This document shows positions 9,296 to 17,673 of a DNA stretch of 54,029 nt, piece after piece. The DNA comes from a virus. Its lineage: Duplodnaviria; Caudoviricetes. The stretch lies in the IMG/VR virus record IMGVR_UViG_3300011116_000659, positions 1 to 54,029 of that record, one strand, 5' to 3'. The position numbers were made by a program, and so were the translations under genes. The notes beneath the pieces are model-generated. The model was not told the origin of the DNA. It saw only the letters and a program-made list of their open reading frames with translations, and ran no database searches. Numbering within the stretch: the first letter of the stretch is position 1; every line of letters starts with the position of its first letter.

Positions 9296-9645
9296 GGCAG
9301 CACCTTGAGAAAATGGGGCAGCACCTTGAGAAAATGGGCTTCGTAGCGGGTATCCTTATGAATACCATCCCACTTCACAAGCATGAAGTGGACGGGCTTA
9401 GGCTTCTGCCCCCAGCCTGCTGACTCAGCCTGAGTATCACTGTACCCGACCACGTACCCCACGTACCCCACGATGCCACGGTTACCCATGACACGGGTGC
9501 CCGGGGGCAGCCTGAGAAGAAGCTCGGTGTCCGGGTATGCGGGGCCGGCGCTACCACGCAGGATGATATCCATCTGTGACTCGACAGCCGTGGCAGCAGT
9601 CTGCGTGTGACCACGGTTGATCGGACGAATGGGAAGCTGTCGCAT
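9292..9645 (-). CDS. Small protein, FPIG-motif family, SH3/KOW-like
   Basis: DTELLLRLPPGTRVMG...GYVVGY...LVKWDG; probable start MRQLP at 9645. Confidence 0.7.
   Translation of the reverse strand: MRQLPIRPINRGHTQTAATAVESQMDIILRGSAGPAYPDTELLLRLPPGTRVMGNRGIVGYVGYVVGYSDTQAESAGWGQKPKPVHFMLVKWDGIHKDTRYEAHFLKVLPHFLKVLP
9296..9337. repeat. Perfect 21-bp tandem duplication
   Basis: ggcagcaccttgagaaaatgg x2; gives HFLKVLP twice at the C terminus. Confidence 0.95.
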
Positions 9646-9646
9646 C

Positions 9647-10969
9647 TTACTTGTCCATCTTGATAGACGTGGCCCACGCCGGGCACCCGTCGGTCGTACC
9701 ACCATTGCTCGTAACGACGATGATAACCTTCGTCGCCGGGGTCGGAGGAGCAGAGGGCCAGCCGGTATAGCCGTCCGTCAGGACGATGATGATGTGCGGC
9801 TTCTCACGCGCACGGTCGTACGCGAACTGGATACCGTAGCTCATGTCGGTACCACCACCGCCAGTGAGCTTGACATCGCTGGCACGGGTAACAATCTGAG
9901 GCTCCGACGCCTCCGTGTCCACCGTGTACACAGTGATAGGAGCGTCGAGCGTATGACACACACCCTGAATCTCACGCAGCCCCTCACTAAGGTCGGCGCT
10001 GCTCATAGACCCGGAGGTATCGAGGACACACGCGATGGTAGGACGGTACGTCTCCGTCGAAGGGAGGAGGATATCACCCCCCATGGAGAACGAGGTGGGG
10101 GAGATACGTCGGTAGGTCCGCTCGTCATACCCGTACGTGGTGTTACACGCCATGCTCACGGCAGCATGAAGGTACTTCTCCCACGTCACACGGGCCGGTT
10201 CGAGGATGTCCTTCGCCTGCCGCAACAGACCGGCGGGGATGTTACCCTTACCCTTGGAGGACATATCAGCGATGTCCTTAGCGCACTGCTCCTTAGCAAT
10301 CTGCACGTCAACGGTGCTACGCGTACCCGTAGCAGGGTCATCACCCGGCTTCTCCCACGGGCCGGGCTTATCACCGACGGCGCTCCCGTGAACATCGGGC
10401 CCGCCCCCATTTACGACAGACGTGGAGCCCTGCCCAGAACCCGGCGTCTGACCGCTCTGGTTGTTACCACTCGGGCCCTGACCGGGCGAGGGATTCCCCT
10501 GACCCTGGCCGTTCTTACCCTGCTGCTTCTGTTGCTGCTGTTGTTTCTGCTGGAGCAAGGCGATGTAATACTCCTCCGCCTTACCATCCACGGGCAGTCC
10601 AAACTTCTCAGGCAGGCACGCGCTCTTAGGGCACGCCAGCTTCATGAGTACCAGGGTGCGGTTGATCTCACAGTCGGTGGCGACATTCCAGACCTGGAAG
10701 TCCGTCACACCAAGGCTCTTGGCACGGGCCGCATGATTGAGCCAGAGGTGCATCATCTCATGGGCCACTACAAAGGCCCCCTCATCCACCGTGAGAGAGG
10801 CGAAGAAGCTACGGTTCCAGTAGACACGGGCATACTTGTCAACGGCAGCGGTCGGTACCTCTTCCGTCTCAACGGGCATGAGGGTGGTAAGGAAGGAACG
10901 GAAGTACGGCATCACATCCGCGCTCATAGCACGGAGGAGAGAGATACCATAGGTGGTGGGCTGAGCCAT
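9647..10969 (-). CDS. DUF2201-type metallopeptidase + vWA domain protein
   Basis: HEMMH zincin motif; WNVATDCEIN; Q/G-rich linker; MIDAS DTSGS, GGGGTD, IIIVLTDG. Confidence 0.9.
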   Translation of the reverse strand: MAQPTTYGISLLRAMSADVMPYFRSFLTTLMPVETEEVPTAAVDKYARVYWNRSFFASLTVDEGAFVVAHEMMHLWLNHAARAKSLGVTDFQVWNVATDCEINRTLVLMKLACPKSACLPEKFGLPVDGKAEEYYIALLQQKQQQQQKQQGKNGQGQGNPSPGQGPSGNNQSGQTPGSGQGSTSVVNGGGPDVHGSAVGDKPGPWEKPGDDPATGTRSTVDVQIAKEQCAKDIADMSSKGKGNIPAGLLRQAKDILEPARVTWEKYLHAAVSMACNTTYGYDERTYRRISPTSFSMGGDILLPSTETYRPTIACVLDTSGSMSSADLSEGLREIQGVCHTLDAPITVYTVDTEASEPQIVTRASDVKLTGGGGTDMSYGIQFAYDRAREKPHIIIVLTDGYTGWPSAPPTPATKVIIVVTSNGGTTDGCPAWATSIKMDK

Positions 10970-10971
10970 TG

Positions 10972-11247
10972 TTATTCTCCGAGGAGGGTGAGAGTCTTAC
11001 AGCCGACAGTGACACGGGAGCCCGCGACACCAGGCTGCATGAGACGAATGCCGACAGTGGATGTCCAGTCTGAGTAGCCCCAGACGACGTACTTAGCCCC
11101 AGCGTACAAGACATGGCACCCGGGAGGAAACTGCACGATGATATCAAGCAATGCCCGAGCAGCCCCGTTGTTACACGAGGAGATACGCGCGATATCGTAT
11201 GTACCTGCGGCGATAGGGTCGATGTCATCAATCTCAGTGTTCGCCAT
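10972..11247 (-). CDS. Small protein, FPIG-motif family
   Basis: LLDIIVQFPPGCHVLY...VVWGY; probable start MANTEI after GGAG. Confidence 0.7.
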   Translation of the reverse strand: MANTEIDDIDPIAAGTYDIARISSCNNGAARALLDIIVQFPPGCHVLYAGAKYVVWGYSDWTSTVGIRLMQPGVAGSRVTVGCKTLTLLGE

Positions 11248-11305
11248 CGTAACTCCGAAGTGTATGTCATGGTGTACCCCCTCACGGTGATACACCATGG
11301 CGACA

Positions 11306-12457
11306 CTACGACTTGTAGATACCAGTCATCTGCGACATGGCCGTGGCCGCCGCCCGGATATCCGGATGGTTGATAAGGTCCGCCATGAAGACGGACGATG
11401 CGCCCGGACCACCACTGTTCATACCAAACAACGTGGGCAGGGCCACGGTGCTGACCTCGGGCATACCATACTTGTTGATAGCACGGTAGATGTCGAGGCA
11501 CTTACGCCATGCCACGAGGGTGTTACGACGACGAGCCTCGACCGAAGCGGACATCGTCTCAGCCCACAGGATATCAATCCGGGCTGGCACGTTGTAGTTA
11601 CCCGGCGCGTCGAGTACCTCAGCACCAGAGCGGAGGTCGCTCTTACTGATAAACTGATAGAACTCCGATGCCACGGAGCCGACCAGACCGAGCCCGAGGT
11701 TATGTACGATGTCGGCGTACACACCGTTCCGGATGTCACCGAGGGTGGACACAACCGCGATGACACGGGCGAAGTTATCCCAGCTACGCGGGGATGCCCA
11801 CGGGCCACAGATGGTACGACCCCACGGCTTACCATGCGTCTCCGTCGTCTTAGGTTCGAGCAACGCCTTGAGAGGATTGGTCCGGAGGAAGGACGCAATC
11901 ATCATACGAGCGTGACTCAGATGGGCCGGCGTCACTTCGGGCCACGCCTTGGGAAGGGTCGGGATGTTACCGGCCCCGCCCATGAAGTAGTCAATGGTAT
12001 GCGAGGGGTCATACGACCACTCCAGGTGGCAGATACGGTTTGCCGCCGCGGGGGGAAGACAACGCGGCCCCGCCATACGCTCCTGGTAGAGACGGAGACA
12101 CACGTTCGCGACCGCCGTGGTAACGAACCTGTTAGCTTCATCCATGACGAGAAGGCTCGGCGTCTCACACGCCTTGACGATCCAGCTATCATGCAGACGG
12201 TTGATGGTACCGTCGATGCCAACGCTGGCAAGGCCGGAGATATCTTCCGGCATGAGGTACGAGACAGCAGTGGTGGTCAGACCAGCGCGGTCGTAGAAGT
12301 CGCCGTCGTCATCCGACGGGAGGAAGCCCAGGCTCTTAGCAAGGGCCGGGGTACCGCTCGTCTTACCGACACCCGGCGGACCGTAGGCACCGACCGGCAC
12401 GTCGGCCTTGAGACAGATGGCAATGAGAAGGAAGGTGTTGTTGGGATCGAGGTTCAT
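11306..12457 (-). CDS. MoxR/AAA_5-like AAA+ ATPase (appears to lack the sensor-I segment)
   Basis: Walker A GPPGVGKT; PEDISG; Walker B LLVMDEANR; PAAANR; WASPRSW. Confidence 0.85.
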   Translation of the reverse strand: MNLDPNNTFLLIAICLKADVPVGAYGPPGVGKTSGTPALAKSLGFLPSDDDGDFYDRAGLTTTAVSYLMPEDISGLASVGIDGTINRLHDSWIVKACETPSLLVMDEANRFVTTAVANVCLRLYQERMAGPRCLPPAAANRICHLEWSYDPSHTIDYFMGGAGNIPTLPKAWPEVTPAHLSHARMMIASFLRTNPLKALLEPKTTETHGKPWGRTICGPWASPRSWDNFARVIAVVSTLGDIRNGVYADIVHNLGLGLVGSVASEFYQFISKSDLRSGAEVLDAPGNYNVPARIDILWAETMSASVEARRRNTLVAWRKCLDIYRAINKYGMPEVSTVALPTLFGMNSGGPGASSVFMADLINHPDIRAAATAMSQMTGIYKS

Positions 12458-12468
12458 AGTGATTGCTC

Positions 12469-12807
12469 CTACCAGTTAGCCGTGAAACGAACGATGCCAG
12501 TGATGTAGTGAACAGCAGGATGGAAGTTGGTGATAGAGGGGAGGGAAGAGAGGAGCCACCCGTCCTCCTCGTACGGGGTGCCCATCACATCGAGCGTGAT
12601 AGACTGCGTAAGAGGGTCGGCCCCATCGGCGATGAAGTAGAGACGGCCCGGGTCGGCATCGATGGTAAAGAGCCGGCCCTTACCGGTCGGCAGACCCTCG
12701 ATGGTACGGAGGGATGCCGTACCGATAAGGGTACGGGTATCCATCTGATACTCGGAGCCCTGCTGATACAGGACGAATCCACGCAAGAGAGGTTCGAGAT
12801 AGAACAT
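12469..12807 (-). CDS. Hypothetical protein
   Basis: 112-aa ORF in operon orientation. Confidence 0.7.
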   Translation of the reverse strand: MFYLEPLLRGFVLYQQGSEYQMDTRTLIGTASLRTIEGLPTGKGRLFTIDADPGRLYFIADGADPLTQSITLDVMGTPYEEDGWLLSSLPSITNFHPAVHYITGIVRFTANW

Positions 12808-12812
12808 GGTTG

Positions 12813-13289
12813 TTACCGTCCGTTGATGATGGTAATGATAGAGTCCCGGCTAACAAACTCCGGGAAGTGATTGTGATAGATGGCAAAGTGATATGGGGGA
12901 GCGTTGCGGTCCGCCGTGTGAGCGCCATACTGACGGATGCTATGCGCCGTGTACCGGAACGATGAGGTAACGATGGACCGGTCCGCCTCAGTCAGCACTT
13001 CAGGTGCGACATACGCGAGGTGAAGAAGGGCGTTCTCAACACCAGTGTTCAGACCATCGAAGTAACAGAAGCGGTGAAGCGCGTCATAGGACATAGTGTC
13101 CCACGCATCGTGCTTCTCACCGGTCCACGTATTAGCAGTGTACGCGCTCCGCTTATAGCCCTGCTGCGTGAGCGTACACAACTCAAAGACCGGGATGTCA
13201 CGCCCGTGGAGCATGACATTCAGAGCGATGTTATCCAGCCGCGCGAGGTACGCGCGACACTGACCAGGGAAGGCGAAGATAGAGAGCAT
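12813..13289 (-). CDS. Hypothetical protein
   Basis: 158-aa ORF with GGAG upstream. Confidence 0.7.
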   Translation of the reverse strand: MLSIFAFPGQCRAYLARLDNIALNVMLHGRDIPVFELCTLTQQGYKRSAYTANTWTGEKHDAWDTMSYDALHRFCYFDGLNTGVENALLHLAYVAPEVLTEADRSIVTSSFRYTAHSIRQYGAHTADRNAPPYHFAIYHNHFPEFVSRDSIITIINGR

Positions 13290-13354
13290 GTTGTTACTCC
13301 GGTGTACCTACTCCTGACTACCACGGGTGCCCGTGATAGGCAGGCGGAGACACA

Positions 13355-13558
13355 TCAGTTGTCGGTATCCATGAGAGTGTTTGTCTCACGGGAAGGCATC
13401 AGAATGGGATCGCCCTCACGCCACGCCTTATGAAACAGGGTGTTAGCCTGCTCCACAGTGAGATGGGTGTGGCGGTTACCGCTACCCTGACAGCAGACCG
13501 TGTCACCAACCAGCTTGGCATCGAGAATGATATCCCCGCTTGCACTGAGGATGAACAT
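13355..13558 (-). CDS. Hypothetical protein
   Basis: TGATG coupling; GGAGG upstream. Confidence 0.65.
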   Translation of the reverse strand: MFILSASGDIILDAKLVGDTVCCQGSGNRHTHLTVEQANTLFHKAWREGDPILMPSRETNTLMDTDN

Positions 13559-13746
13559 CAGACCGCCTCCATGAGGGCAGCCTCGATGTCACGACGGGCA
13601 GCCTGACGCGCCGTCGTGTGAACGGGGATGGCCTTACGCCAGCCCCGAAAGAGGATACCAGGGTCACAGCCGCACGCCTGGATGGACTTACCATCCGTCT
13701 TGATGCGGCGCCCGTAGCGGGGCTCGTTGTGGTAGGACTTCGCCAT
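13558..13746 (-). CDS. Small basic hypothetical protein
   Basis: 62 aa, Arg-rich, CGC motif. Confidence 0.6.
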   Translation of the reverse strand: MAKSYHNEPRYGRRIKTDGKSIQACGCDPGILFRGWRKAIPVHTTARQAARRDIEAALMEAV

Positions 13747-13747
13747 A

Positions 13748-13906
13748 TCACCGGCTCCGCGGGGTGTGGTAGGGGGAGAACGGGTTGTGAGACGGGGCCG
13801 GGGTCGCCGCCATCACGGAGGCGATGAGAGCGCCACCCGGGAGCACGATGACACACGCGAACGCGAGCTTGAAGAGAGGGTCGATGGTCAGAAGGAAGTC
13901 GTACAC
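13748..13906 (-). CDS. Small membrane protein (52 aa, not in ORF track)
   Basis: GTG start after AAGGTGA; MYDFLLTIDPLFKLAFACVIVLPGGALIASVMAA hydrophobic stretch. Confidence 0.55.
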   Translation of the reverse strand: MYDFLLTIDPLFKLAFACVIVLPGGALIASVMAATPAPSHNPFSPYHTPRSR

Positions 13907-13987
13907 TGGTATCACCTTGGCTTGTGTGTTCCGGTGGTATGCCGGCTATGGTACCCGCTGCTCACGGGTACCATCGACGACGTATCA

Positions 13988-14263
13988 CTACGCGGGGGCA
14001 CCGTACTTACGTACCAGCTTGTTGAGAGACGGGGCACTCGGCGGCGCGTTCTCAGGGAGCCGCGTGATATGCGTGGCGAACCAGACCGGACTGACCGTCG
14101 CCTCCCCTCCCTTATCACAGGTGAGGATACGAGCCGCAGCACGCGGGTCGATACGACTGTCCCATGTATCATACTCCCCCGTAACAATAGTGAAGTTGAC
14201 GACACCACGGATGGCATCGATCACCTTGATACGAGCATCGTACCACTTCATAGAGAGGACCAT
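13988..14263 (-). CDS. Hypothetical early protein
   Basis: Probable start MVLSMKWY after GGAG. Confidence 0.6.
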   Translation of the reverse strand: MVLSMKWYDARIKVIDAIRGVVNFTIVTGEYDTWDSRIDPRAAARILTCDKGGEATVSPVWFATHITRLPENAPPSAPSLNKLVRKYGAPA

Positions 14264-14726
14264 CGCAGTTACACTCCAGAGATTGATGTTATGACCATGC
14301 CCGATGATAGCTGATACCACGGGGCAGGGTAGACGGGTGGCGACCGACCGGGGATAGAACGCGGTCAGCGTGTCACGTATCCCGATGGGCCCCCTGTGCC
14401 ACGGTACCACGCTCCGGGATTGTCAGGAATGTGTCAAGGAACGGGCGCGACCGAACCGAGCACAAGCAACGTCGCGACTATGGGCGTGTATGGGTAGCCG
14501 GCCGGCGCTCCGGAGCCATCCCGCGCGCTCGCACCCGACACCCGACCGACCCCTTGGGCCCATGCTCGGAGCGCGCCCTACGTGCCGTGTGGCGCCCCTA
14601 CGTACCGGTCGGTCACCGTGCGACGGGCCCCCCTTGCTTGTGAGCATGGTAGGGCCCGTCATAGGGTGCGATGTCTTAGGGGCCCGTCTCTCACCGGTCC
14701 GGGTGTGCCCATGGGAGTGTGAGACA

Positions 14727-14769
14727 GAAACGACAAAGCCCCGGACACCGTGTTAGGGCATCCGGGGCT
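14727..14769 (-). terminator. Intrinsic terminator after 14791..15612
   Basis: Stem agccccgga/tccggggct (14737-14769, extendable) followed on the minus strand by ttgtcgtttc. Confidence 0.65.
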
Positions 14770-14790
14770 ACGTGTCAGGGATGGGTGAGG

Positions 14791-15612
14791 TTACTTGTTC
14801 CGACCACCGTTCCGACCCTGACCCGTGGGGGCCGTGGTAGCGGTCGGGGGGGCCATGGCCGCACGGACGCGCGCCGCCGCCGCCGCGTCGCCGTTCGCCG
14901 CCGCGAGCGCATCGTCCACGGAACACCCGGTCAGAAGGGCGAGCATCTGAGCAGATTTCAGAGCTTCCGCCTTCCGCGTCTCTTCGACGGCCACACTCAC
15001 CGCTGCCTTGATACGCGCGTCCGTGTCACGGGCCGGCTTGACTGCCTCGCCCTTGATGGCACGCGCGTCCGTGTCACGGGCCGGCTTGACTGCCTCGCCC
15101 TTGATGGCATCGCTGAGGACCGGACCGATGGTGAACCCGCCGAAGAGGGTCCGAAGCTCGTCCCCGACCGTGGTACGCGGGCGCGTGGTACCGGCCCCCA
15201 TCACCATCGCCGCGCGGTAGAACGTGACCGACCGGCCGTCGTACGACGTGACGAGATAGGGCAGCGCGCGGGCGTCCGTCTGGGCGTCCCGAATGCGGGT
15301 GAGGTAGGCGGCGATGCTCTTCCCCGCGTCGTCATCGCTGACATCGGCCTTGACGGTCAGCTTGACGTTGACGTACCACGCCGACTGCGCCTTGAGCACC
15401 GGGTCAGCGTCCGTGTGGATGTTGTGGCGCGCGACGTTGACGAGCGGGAGGAACGTGACGGACGCGGTGATGTCGCCCGTCTCACACGTCGTCTCCTCGG
15501 GCGACGCGTACGGGGTGCCGAGCTTGTTTACGATGGCAGCCGTCTCTTCCGGGGTCATCGCGGCGCGGGTCTGGGTGGTCGTGGTAGCGGGGGTGGTCGT
15601 GGTAGCGGACAT
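14791..15612 (-). CDS. Isolated Ala/Thr-rich hypothetical early protein (273 aa)
   Basis: AGGAG upstream; own terminator; GC-rich codon usage. Confidence 0.75.
   Translation of the reverse strand: MSATTTTPATTTTQTRAAMTPEETAAIVNKLGTPYASPEETTCETGDITASVTFLPLVNVARHNIHTDADPVLKAQSAWYVNVKLTVKADVSDDDAGKSIAAYLTRIRDAQTDARALPYLVTSYDGRSVTFYRAAMVMGAGTTRPRTTVGDELRTLFGGFTIGPVLSDAIKGEAVKPARDTDARAIKGEAVKPARDTDARIKAAVSVAVEETRKAEALKSAQMLALLTGCSVDDALAAANGDAAAAARVRAAMAPPTATTAPTGQGRNGGRNK
15013..15108. repeat. Perfect 48-bp tandem duplication
   Basis: 15013-15060 = 15061-15108; encodes AIKGEAVKPARDTDAR twice. Confidence 0.95.
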
Positions 15613-16396
15613 GGTAGGCTCCTGACTTGACGTGACTTGTGAGTGAGTGAACGCGCTACAGAGACAGCGCGCTTGTTTGGTGGTACGGGTAGCCGGGTTA
15701 GGCCGGCGCGGGTTTCAAGCCGCAAGCTCCACTATCCTGTCATCGGTCCGTGTCACACCATTTCTGCTATCTTCGGCGCGGCTTGACACTTTCTTGACAT
15801 TTGACGGCCGCGAACGTACGTAATCCGCTCGCGATGGTACCCCCATGGGAACACCGGAGAGGGGTCTACAGCGCGTCGTGGTCCGGGGCCATGTCATCCC
15901 CCGGGTGTGTCCGCTCCCGTCGTTCCTGAGAGAAACGTACATTCTTGCCTGTTACGACGTTCGTGTATTCTGACTCGCGACGGGGCAGACGTGTCCGCCG
16001 GTCGGTCATTCGTCGGGAGTGACAAGTCACACGGGTAGCCGTCTCTCTCTCCGCCGGGTGAGAGTGACCGACCGGTCATTCCGTCGTATCTGTTACCGTT
16101 CGTCTGTTGCGACGGTGGTTCGCCAGAGGGTCCGGAGGGTCGCCGTCGAGGTGGGGGGGCACCGTCGGAATGGGGCCGGGGGATTTAGGGGGCCGGGGGA
16201 CTCCTCCCCGCCCCAAGTATACCAAACCACACATTGACCTCGCAATCTCAGCCTCCATCCTCCTCTATCCGCACTATACCCGTTCCTCATCCTCTCCTCA
16301 GACCACCATTGCGATAGAATATACTGGTTTAGGGTACCCTTCCCTTGAATGGAATAGTGACGATTCCAGGCCCATCTTTTTTGGCGTATACCCCCT

Positions 16397-16757
16397 TGTA
16401 GACAACGCACGATCGTCGGTTTTCTGCTTTCAGCGACACCCATCAAACGGAATAGTGGCGGTTAGAGGAGAACAGTTCAACTAAAATACCCCCTTGTAGA
16501 CAAGTATTCTTTCCAAAAAGGCACCCCTTATAGAGGCGCACTTCATGTTGATACATCAAGTCTATGTACAGGAACTTGGTGTTTATACTAAAACTTGGTG
16601 TTTCACTCGAAAATCCCCCAATATTAGAGGCTCCTTTTCCGCGAGAATACTTGTCTACAAGGGAGTATTTTACAAATGAAAGGCCCGTCCATCCCTGCTT
16701 TTCCTGTACTGGAACTGTCGTCAGGAACCGGAAACGGGAGAACGTGCGTTGTCTACA
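16397..16757. repeat. Large degenerate inverted repeat centred at 16577 (candidate origin, packaging or operator region)
   Basis: 16482-16510 vs 16644-16672 match 28/29 as reverse complements; 16397-16411 vs 16743-16757 match 15/15; both pairs share one centre; AT-rich. Confidence 0.9.
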
Positions 16758-16830
16758 CGAAGGGTTTTCCAAGGTTCGAGGCCCATTTCACCGTTGCAGA
16801 TTGATCCTGCATTTTTTTGCCGAATACTAC

Positions 16831-16859
16831 TTGATGAGCCCGTACACCAAGGTTAGGCT
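16831..16859 (+). promoter_or_regulatory. Sigma70-type promoter
   Basis: TTGATG-N17-TAGGCT upstream of ATG 16885. Confidence 0.5.
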
Positions 16860-16884
16860 ACCCAGACCCACCCGAGGTGCCCCC

Positions 16885-17673
16885 ATGGTCCGCAGCCCGA
16901 AGCCAACCAAAGTCTCTGAGCATATCCAGCACAAGCATGACTGTCCCGTGCTTGACTTCACCAGTATCACCAGCCCCCATGAGGACGGATATATCGTCAC
17001 GGGAAAAGACCTGCTGTCGGCGCTCCGTGAGCATCTGCCGACGGCGGGTGTCAGAGAGGTGAATGCCTACGCTTACTATAACAAGTTCCAAGAGTTCGTT
17101 GTCTACGAAGGACCGAACCCTACGAGGCGGTTCTACAATACGCGGGAGTTCTTCGCGTATGAGGAAGTATTGCGGCAGAGAATACTTGCTGGTACGGCGA
17201 AGCGCCGTAAGCCGAGTGACCCGCTCCCTGAGGCGAACTACCGGCGACCCCCTGGTCGGCCGCCTGCGGGCACGCCTCCGATTCCGATGCCGAAGCCTCG
17301 TGTCATCGCGAAGACCATCACGGCTAAGTCTCAGTGCTTGCCGTTGCTGTTTACCGTGGGAGATAAGAAATCAGACATCCTCCTCCCTGGGCACTGCGCG
17401 GACTGGAAGGACGGGCACTTCGGTATGACCGTGTGGAACGTCACCGCTCTGCTCAAGCTCGTGTATGAGGAGAAGGTGACCATGCACGATGCACTCTGGT
17501 GGCTGTATTACCATAAGGTGGGTGTCCGTCAGTGGCGTGACCCGAAGGGAAAGATTCATGTGGTCTACTTGATGACCTCACCTGAACTGGTTAGTATGCA
17601 TCGCCGGTACTCGCTGACCTATCCGCTGGGTGGGCCCATTGAGAAGGCTGTTCTCTCTGGAGGTGTCGAATGA
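16885..17673 (+). CDS. Hypothetical, possible DNA-binding protein (AT-hook-like motif)
   Basis: GAGGT before ATG 16885; RRPPGRPP motif; first gene of the + arm. Confidence 0.65.
   Translation: MVRSPKPTKVSEHIQHKHDCPVLDFTSITSPHEDGYIVTGKDLLSALREHLPTAGVREVNAYAYYNKFQEFVVYEGPNPTRRFYNTREFFAYEEVLRQRILAGTAKRRKPSDPLPEANYRRPPGRPPAGTPPIPMPKPRVIAKTITAKSQCLPLLFTVGDKKSDILLPGHCADWKDGHFGMTVWNVTALLKLVYEEKVTMHDALWWLYYHKVGVRQWRDPKGKIHVVYLMTSPELVSMHRRYSLTYPLGGPIEKAVLSGGVE

Noticed and set aside
14421-15799. IS element with TG...CA inverted ends
   Set aside because: No transposase motifs in the enclosed ORF and no target-site duplication; kept only as a regulatory motif
16397-16757. Hairpin telomere (telRL) site or assembly fold-back artefact
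   Set aside because: The centre is not a perfect palindrome, the arms are diverged, and no protelomerase was recognised
14264-16880. CRISPR mini-array or tRNA in the non-coding region
   Set aside because: No regularly spaced repeats with spacers; the multibranch fold lacks T-loop, D-loop and CCA features
16564-16884. N-terminal 107 codons of ORF 16564..17673
   Set aside because: Runs through the palindrome; promoter and SD point to ATG 16885
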